From NCBI GenBank assembly GCA_003635185.1, contig PYJA01000131.1:1035-65034 (forward strand): a stretch of 64,000 nucleotides of DNA, given 5' to 3'. The position numbers and the translations under genes were made by a program. Below are positions 58,566 to 64,000 of this stretch, one piece after another. The notes below the pieces were generated by a model. That model had not been told where the DNA came from and did no database searches. It worked only from the letters and a program-made list of their open reading frames with translations. The DNA comes from Candidatus Poribacteria bacterium. GTDB taxonomy: Bacteria > Poribacteria > WGA-4E > WGA-3G. Position 1 is the stretch's first letter. Each line of letters opens with the position of its first letter.

Positions 58566-59471
58566 CTAAACCGCGATTTCTGAAAGGACTTTCTCAAACA
58601 CATGAGTGCAATCAGCAGCCCTGTAACCGCAATTGCTGTAAAAAAGGAGAGCGCGACTGTTATTCCAACTCGTGCTGATTGAAGCATGTCGGTAACCTAC
58701 TTTGTGCATTTCTTGAAGTGAGTAAAAAAGTAAATATTTCCCTAAACCTTTTCCCTGAAAGTCATCCTCAATACCAAGCCATTCGGTATAGACCCAGTCT
58801 TGTGCATCAGGGTGGGAAGAGAACTTACCGCCAGAAACGGATTCACATTCCCCAACTTTTTCACCATCTTGGTGTGCTGTTACGGTGCAGTTTGGCAGTT
58901 TCCCACGCCCTTCCTTCCAATCAACGGAAAGTGTTATCGGTATAGGTGGTGATATCGATGTAACATCATAGTTTTCCCAATCTAAAACGATCCAATTTTG
59001 TTCGGGATGATATCCGTTGAATCCCAATAGTGCATGAACATGATCAAGGGCATTCGAAAGATTGGCATATTCGAGAGAATAAAAACGATATCGATACGAT
59101 GAGAAAGCGGTAATTTGGGTCACGTTACACGTTTTCAGATATGTCTCTGCCTTTTCCAGCACGGTTTGTCCCGCATTGCGCGCACCGCGTTCGTACCCAA
59201 AAAACCGAATAACACCTATGTTCACTTTCTCGTCACTTTCGTAGTAACCTACGTGAATAAATGCCTGCACTACGCCATTTTGCATCGCAACAAACGCTGT
59301 TTCTGCCTCAAGACCATCATTGGTATTATCGCTTTGACCCGTGACACTGCACATTGCATCAGCCAGTTCTGCCTCCTTTACGGGGTAACAATGAGGAACG
59401 TTTACCGTCAGACGATTGTAAAATTGTGTTAAGGGTGTCTGTAAATCAGGCGTATATTGGAGAATTTCCAT
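58566..59471 (-). CDS. GNAT-family N-acetyltransferase (paralog 3 of 3)
   Basis: 301 aa. The first 22 residues are identical to paralog 2. 'FQGKGLGKYLLFYSL'. Confidence 0.75.
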   Translation of the reverse strand: MEILQYTPDLQTPLTQFYNRLTVNVPHCYPVKEAELADAMCSVTGQSDNTNDGLEAETAFVAMQNGVVQAFIHVGYYESDEKVNIGVIRFFGYERGARNAGQTVLEKAETYLKTCNVTQITAFSSYRYRFYSLEYANLSNALDHVHALLGFNGYHPEQNWIVLDWENYDVTSISPPIPITLSVDWKEGRGKLPNCTVTAHQDGEKVGECESVSGGKFSSHPDAQDWVYTEWLGIEDDFQGKGLGKYLLFYSLQEMHKVGYRHASISTSWNNSRALLFYSNCGYRAADCTHVFEKVLSEIAV

Positions 59472-59486
59472 CTACTTTTCTATCCT

Positions 59487-61730
59487 CTATTGCGGAACGT
59501 CCCACAGCAGAATCGTACCGTCCTCACTTCCGCTGGCGAGAGTTTTGCCATCTGGACTGAATGCAACCGAACTAATCCCACCCGTATGTCCAGAAAGCGT
59601 TTTTACACGTTCTCCCGTACTGGAATTCCAAATTATAGCAGTTCCATCAACACCACTTGCTGTAGCAATAGCCTGTCCACTGTAAGAAAAACGAACATCA
59701 CTGATAGTACCACCACCACAGAAAGGAAGACTGACATGACCAGAGAGTGTATTTAAATGTTGTCTTTTGCTTATATCAAATAAACTCACACCACTTCCAT
59801 GTCCATCAACAATTGCCATAATCTTTCCATCTGGCGAATAGCTTACAAAACTTGTAGCACCGGAATATTCGTTGAGATCTCTGATATGTTGTCCTGTCAT
59901 TCCATCCCATAGAAACGCCCCATCACCCCAACTTTCTTCATATATACTTGTAATGATAGTATTTCCATCCTGCGAAAAGTATGCTCCATCGATATTACCC
60001 GAAATTCCAGATATTGTTTTGATCAACTGTCCAGTTTTTGGATTCCATAGTTGCGTAGTATTTTCCGAACTCCTGCTAATGATAATTGAACCATCTGCGG
60101 AAAATTTAATTTGACCGAGGTTGCCCATTATACCTGACAAAGTATTGATAAGTTGACCTGTATTAGCATCCCAAATCAAGACAGTATTTTCAACGGTTCT
60201 ACCAGCAATTGTTTTTCCATCCGGTGAATAGTGTATCTGCTCAATATAATGTATCCGTTCAGACAATCTATTGATAAGTTGTCCAGTATTTACATTCCAC
60301 AAAGACACTGTGCTCCAATTGCTCATGGTTGTGAAAGTATTGCCAGTGGAAGAAAAACGAAAATAGTTAACCGATCCTTTTAATACATTGAGTTTATGCT
60401 GTTTCAGTAGTTTCCCAGTGCTGGTATTCCACAACCGCAATGTTTCGTTATAACTCCAACTTGCTATGGTTTTTCCATCTGGAGTAAATGAGACATTAGA
60501 AATGCCCTCCGTATACCCATCAAGCGTTTTCAGGAGTTTTCCTGTCATAGCATCCCAAAGATGGACAGTGTTATCAGAACCTTTACTGAGTATAGTGATT
60601 CCATCGGAAGAAAAAACAATATTGTTAATTGAACCTTTATGTCCAGAGAATGGCATCAGATGCACCCCATGTTTAGTAGCCCATAGATGTATCGTTCCAT
60701 CCCATCCCCCTGTAGCGATAATCCTGCCATTTTCAGAAAAACCTACTGTTTTTATCTTACTCCTGTCATTTCCAATAAGACTGTTTTTGTACTCTCCCGT
60801 GTTAGCATCCCATAGGTCAACTATCCCATCCGATTTGCCAATTGTCACAAGGAGTTTCCCGTCAGGTGAAAAGAAGATGCTGGAAAAACCTTCATCACCT
60901 AATGATTGCCTGGTTCTTTCAAGTTGTTTCCACTCCTCTGTACCGACACTCCTAAAGTTCACTATGCCAACATTTCCTGTCCAACTACTACCTCTTGAAT
61001 TTCTTGTCATATAGATACGACTTAAAATAAAAATTGTTTTCCCATCCGGCGAAAATTGCACATCAATAATTCGATTATCATGATATTCCTCACAAGGATC
61101 GTTGAAGGTTTTTAGATTCTGTCCATTAAAAGCATCCCACAATTTTAATTGTCTATATCCCCAGGTAGCAAGTGTCTTACTATCAGGTGAAAAGCGGATA
61201 TTATGAAAACGGTTGGAAGGTTCGAATATTGTGCTCAAATGTTTACCCGTTTGGACATTATATACTCTAAGCGTTTTTCGTAAATACGAGTATTTTTCGG
61301 CACACTGGACCACAATCATCTTTCCATTTGGTGAAAAGACTACATCATAGTACCCTATTCCATCATCAGTGAGTGTTATTTGATGGTTCCCTGACTGAGC
61401 ATTCAAGAGCAGCACTGACCCATGTGGACCTTTTGTCGCAATTGTATTGCCATCCTGTGAAAATCGGACTATCTCTACACCATTCGTATGGTCAGTGAGC
61501 TGGTATAATTCTTTACCAGTAATAGAGTCGTATATCCAAACCCCAACTGAAGTAGCCACGGCAAACCGAGTGCCATCTGGAAAATATGCTATTTCGCCCA
61601 ATGTGCCATTACCGAGACGGAGTTTAGCACCTTCAGGCAAATTCAATTTGGCGGTATCTTGAGCAGAAACAATAGGGAGAAATAACGCAAAAAGCAAGAA
61701 CAAGGTGATGAATGTGTGTATTGTTTTCAT
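59487..61730 (-). CDS. Secreted WD40/beta-propeller repeat protein
   Basis: 747 aa with signal peptide MKTIHTFITLFLLFALFLPIVSAQD. It has many 'FSPDGKTxAS...DxTxxLWD' blades. Confidence 0.85.
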   Translation of the reverse strand: MKTIHTFITLFLLFALFLPIVSAQDTAKLNLPEGAKLRLGNGTLGEIAYFPDGTRFAVATSVGVWIYDSITGKELYQLTDHTNGVEIVRFSQDGNTIATKGPHGSVLLLNAQSGNHQITLTDDGIGYYDVVFSPNGKMIVVQCAEKYSYLRKTLRVYNVQTGKHLSTIFEPSNRFHNIRFSPDSKTLATWGYRQLKLWDAFNGQNLKTFNDPCEEYHDNRIIDVQFSPDGKTIFILSRIYMTRNSRGSSWTGNVGIVNFRSVGTEEWKQLERTRQSLGDEGFSSIFFSPDGKLLVTIGKSDGIVDLWDANTGEYKNSLIGNDRSKIKTVGFSENGRIIATGGWDGTIHLWATKHGVHLMPFSGHKGSINNIVFSSDGITILSKGSDNTVHLWDAMTGKLLKTLDGYTEGISNVSFTPDGKTIASWSYNETLRLWNTSTGKLLKQHKLNVLKGSVNYFRFSSTGNTFTTMSNWSTVSLWNVNTGQLINRLSERIHYIEQIHYSPDGKTIAGRTVENTVLIWDANTGQLINTLSGIMGNLGQIKFSADGSIIISRSSENTTQLWNPKTGQLIKTISGISGNIDGAYFSQDGNTIITSIYEESWGDGAFLWDGMTGQHIRDLNEYSGATSFVSYSPDGKIMAIVDGHGSGVSLFDISKRQHLNTLSGHVSLPFCGGGTISDVRFSYSGQAIATASGVDGTAIIWNSSTGERVKTLSGHTGGISSVAFSPDGKTLASGSEDGTILLWDVPQ

Positions 61731-61788
61731 CTTCTCATCTCCTTTTAACGAAGTGCGGCAGGTATTACCTATAATGATAGACTGTTGA

Positions 61789-61813
61789 TAGGCGCGCTTA
61801 CAAGGCGCGCCTA
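61789..61813. terminator. GC-rich hairpin TAGGCGCGC-ttacaag-GCGCGCCTA after the metalloprotease gene
   Basis: Read directly. It belongs to the ...TAGG-stem...stem-CCTACA family. Confidence 0.5.
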
Positions 61814-61869
61814 CAATGTAACATTATAATATGGTATATCATTCTTGAATAGAACGAGAGACAGTCATC

Positions 61870-64000
61870 TTAACGCTTTTCAACTTGAAAGTTGGCATCC
61901 AACGCCTTCTCAGCTCGAACTTGCGATTCTTCAAGATGTGCTACACTATAATCATCCAACTTTAACTTGGAATTTTGAAGCACGTTCTTGATACGAGTAT
62001 TAATTTGTCCGAGATGGAGGCGTGCAAGTGATCTTGCATCTTCTGGGGTGCCGCTATCTGCAGCTAACACCAGCTTAATCAGCTGCTTTAGGTGTTCGCG
62101 CTGCAACCCACGTCGGAAACTTGAGATAAACGCATCTGAATTTGTCCACTGTTTTGCATCGGCATTCTTATCCAGTTCAATCCAAACAGCATCTGTAATC
62201 CCTGTAAAGAGTTCTGGCATTGTGAACACATCTTCATTGTCCGAAAACTTAAGCTCTGTGTCCTGCACACGCGCCAGAACATTCGGATCAAGCAACCTAC
62301 CTAAAATTTGGCTCTGATTTCGCAGAATCACATCATGGATCGGATAATCCAGACGTGATGAATTGTTACTACTTGTACCCCAATCACTCCACCGCGTAAT
62401 TGCAATACTGTTTAACAATTCAGGTGGAAAATCGAATGTTTTATCCGAGAGGGCATGTTCTTTGATAAATTTAAGTGCTTCTCGCTGCTTTTTCGCTGGA
62501 ACAGGCACATAAGGCAAACGTCCGTTTTCATCGCCTTTATGGTCTCGGTGGTGATATTGCCCACCGATGAAACGCGTTGCGAGGAACATGCCACGGCTAT
62601 ATTGCCCCAGTAGTGATCTGAATGCACGTCGGACGCGTTGATAGCCCATTCCATCTTGTGTAACTTTGTCTGCAATGTCGTCCCATAGACCAGCGACAAT
62701 AGCTTGACGTTGTTTAGCAAACTCAAGAGGATCCGCACCAAGGTCCCAACGATTGACTAACGGATCAAGGTCGCGATATTGATACATTGAAGCATCACCG
62801 TCAGTTGCATATCTAAGTTCAGGGGATGCAGCACGCGATGCAATCTTCTGCAATTCGGACAGTTCTGCTTCGGGCTTGTTTCCACCAATTGGCTTATAAG
62901 CGTATTCAATCACCCAGTAATCCCAAGGACCGATTGTGGTTGTATAATAATTTCCCTGTTTTTTTCCTTCTGGCGCAATATTTACCGCATCATAATCCAT
63001 TACTGATCCGTGGAGTGCTTCATCCCTTTTCTTATTCAATTCTTCAAGTGAATATATCGTAGTCGCTTTAAAGTTGTGTCGTAATCCCAATGTGTGACCA
63101 ACTTCGTGCATAATCAATGCTTTGAGTGCTTGTCCGATATACTCTTCTGGAAGTTCACCATCGTCAATTATGCCGCGTGCTTGTAAAACGCTCGCCATGA
63201 AACTCATTTCACGTGCCAGCCCAGTAGCCATTTGACAGTTATGTCGTGATGAATGATCAATTGGGTGGTTACGCTCATGCTCTACTTCATCAAAGTAAGT
63301 CGTGTACTCACGCATCCAAGATCTGATCCAACTTTCACCGACGAGTATATCCGCGTCCAGTATCTGTCCTGTAAGCGGATTCACACGAGAGGGTCCAATT
63401 GCAAAGGATGCACCAACGACCCAACGAATCGTATTATACCGAGCGTCTTCGGGGTCCCAGTCCTCGTGATCTTGCTGAATCCGTGCTTCAATTGCATCTA
63501 TGAATCCTGCTTTTTCAAATGCCTTGTTCCATTCCAGAATTCCCTGCCGCACATACGGACGAAAACGGTGTGGCACGGTTTTCTCTATGTAAAATATAAT
63601 TGGATCTTTCGGCGGAGAAAGTTCTGCATTTTTGTCTGCCTTCTCCAAGTGCCAACGATTGACAAAACGAATGAACGGTTCATCACTGGTTTGAAGTGAG
63701 AAGTCTTTGACGGTTGTCATAAAATGTCCCATACGATCATCAGCCAAGCGCGGTTGATAGTTGTTGGATGGTAGTTCTGCGAGGCTGTAGTGTACTGATA
63801 ATTGGATACCACGACTGTCGGGAATTGTTTCGCGACTACCACTCGCAGCATAAACTGCATCAACTCGTAACTCAACGTTTTTGGGAAACGCTTTGATTGC
63901 TCCCCATGTGCTACGTCCTTTATCAAAACGGGCACCCCCACCTATTTGCCCCGACAAAGGTGGCAGGTCAGATAAAAATACAGGTGAAATATTTACTAAC
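61870..64000 (-). CDS. Zinc metalloprotease (HExxH, DUF4953/DUF5117-like), N-terminus beyond window
   Basis: 'LIMHEVGHTLGLRHNF' zincin motif. The reading frame stays open upstream of the track's Met (63957) to the window edge. Confidence 0.85.
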   Translation of the reverse strand, partial: LVNISPVFLSDLPPLSGQIGGGARFDKGRSTWGAIKAFPKNVELRVDAVYAASGSRETIPDSRGIQLSVHYSLAELPSNNYQPRLADDRMGHFMTTVKDFSLQTSDEPFIRFVNRWHLEKADKNAELSPPKDPIIFYIEKTVPHRFRPYVRQGILEWNKAFEKAGFIDAIEARIQQDHEDWDPEDARYNTIRWVVGASFAIGPSRVNPLTGQILDADILVGESWIRSWMREYTTYFDEVEHERNHPIDHSSRHNCQMATGLAREMSFMASVLQARGIIDDGELPEEYIGQALKALIMHEVGHTLGLRHNFKATTIYSLEELNKKRDEALHGSVMDYDAVNIAPEGKKQGNYYTTTIGPWDYWVIEYAYKPIGGNKPEAELSELQKIASRAASPELRYATDGDASMYQYRDLDPLVNRWDLGADPLEFAKQRQAIVAGLWDDIADKVTQDGMGYQRVRRAFRSLLGQYSRGMFLATRFIGGQYHHRDHKGDENGRLPYVPVPAKKQREALKFIKEHALSDKTFDFPPELLNSIAITRWSDWGTSSNNSSRLDYPIHDVILRNQSQILGRLLDPNVLARVQDTELKFSDNEDVFTMPELFTGITDAVWIELDKNADAKQWTNSDAFISSFRRGLQREHLKQLIKLVLAADSGTPEDARSLARLHLGQINTRIKNVLQNSKLKLDDYSVAHLEESQVRAEKALDANFQVEKR

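Noticed and set aside
60466-61014. 182-aa plus-strand ORF; similarly 45314..45769 (+), 34535..34921 (-), 25500..25937 (-) and 3581..4048 (-)
   Set aside because: All lie antisense to, or out of frame within, long well-supported genes. They have no motifs and show biased, stop-poor composition typical of shadow ORFs.
1-64000. Search by eye for tRNA, rRNA, tmRNA and canonical CRISPR arrays (three or more identical 28-37-bp repeats with unique spacers)
   Set aside because: None was recognised. Intergenic regions are explained by REP/MITE-type repeats, terminators, promoters and the T-box. A tRNAscan, Infernal and minced run would be needed to be definitive.

Overview
This 64-kb window looks like an uncultured bacterial chromosome or MAG contig. 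It is moderately AT-rich and almost all genes are on the minus strand. Core metabolism is present: ilvB-ilvN...ilvC behind a T-box leader, glgC-hisB-glgP, and an ABC exporter. This core is mixed with many eukaryote-like repeat proteins (3 WD40 loci, 3 LRR loci), LamG lectin-fold proteins, DUF1501/PSD1-type genes, PhyH dioxygenases and pentapeptide-repeat K+ channels. That gene content resembles PVC-group or sponge-associated (Poribacteria-like) genomes, but this placement is inference only. The most interesting locus is 37325-44690, a tightly coupled five-gene operon resembling a type I-D CRISPR interference module: Cas3' helicase, a separately encoded HD nuclease, a Cas10d-like large subunit, a Csc2/Cas7-like and a Csc1/Cas5-like protein. 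No cas6, cas4/1/2 or CRISPR array is visible anywhere in the window. The operon is bounded downstream by LRR genes and a decayed TnpB element. Other notable items: (1) the ilvBN-ilvC operon is split by an AT-rich insertion carrying a DUF4268/PD-(D/E)xK nuclease gene; (2) two loci carry 25-bp hairpin repeats arranged as repeat-26 bp-repeat doublets; (3) there are several MITE/REP-like families, one of which brackets a small membrane-protein gene; (4) a WD40 paralog is inactivated by a perfect 8-bp tandem duplication. There are also multiple recent tandem gene duplications (DUF1501 x2, GNAT x3, LamG x2, K+ channel x2, an Rpn 3' end). No tRNA, rRNA or canonical CRISPR array was recognised. All functional calls rest on motifs read by eye from the supplied translations. 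No database search was run.
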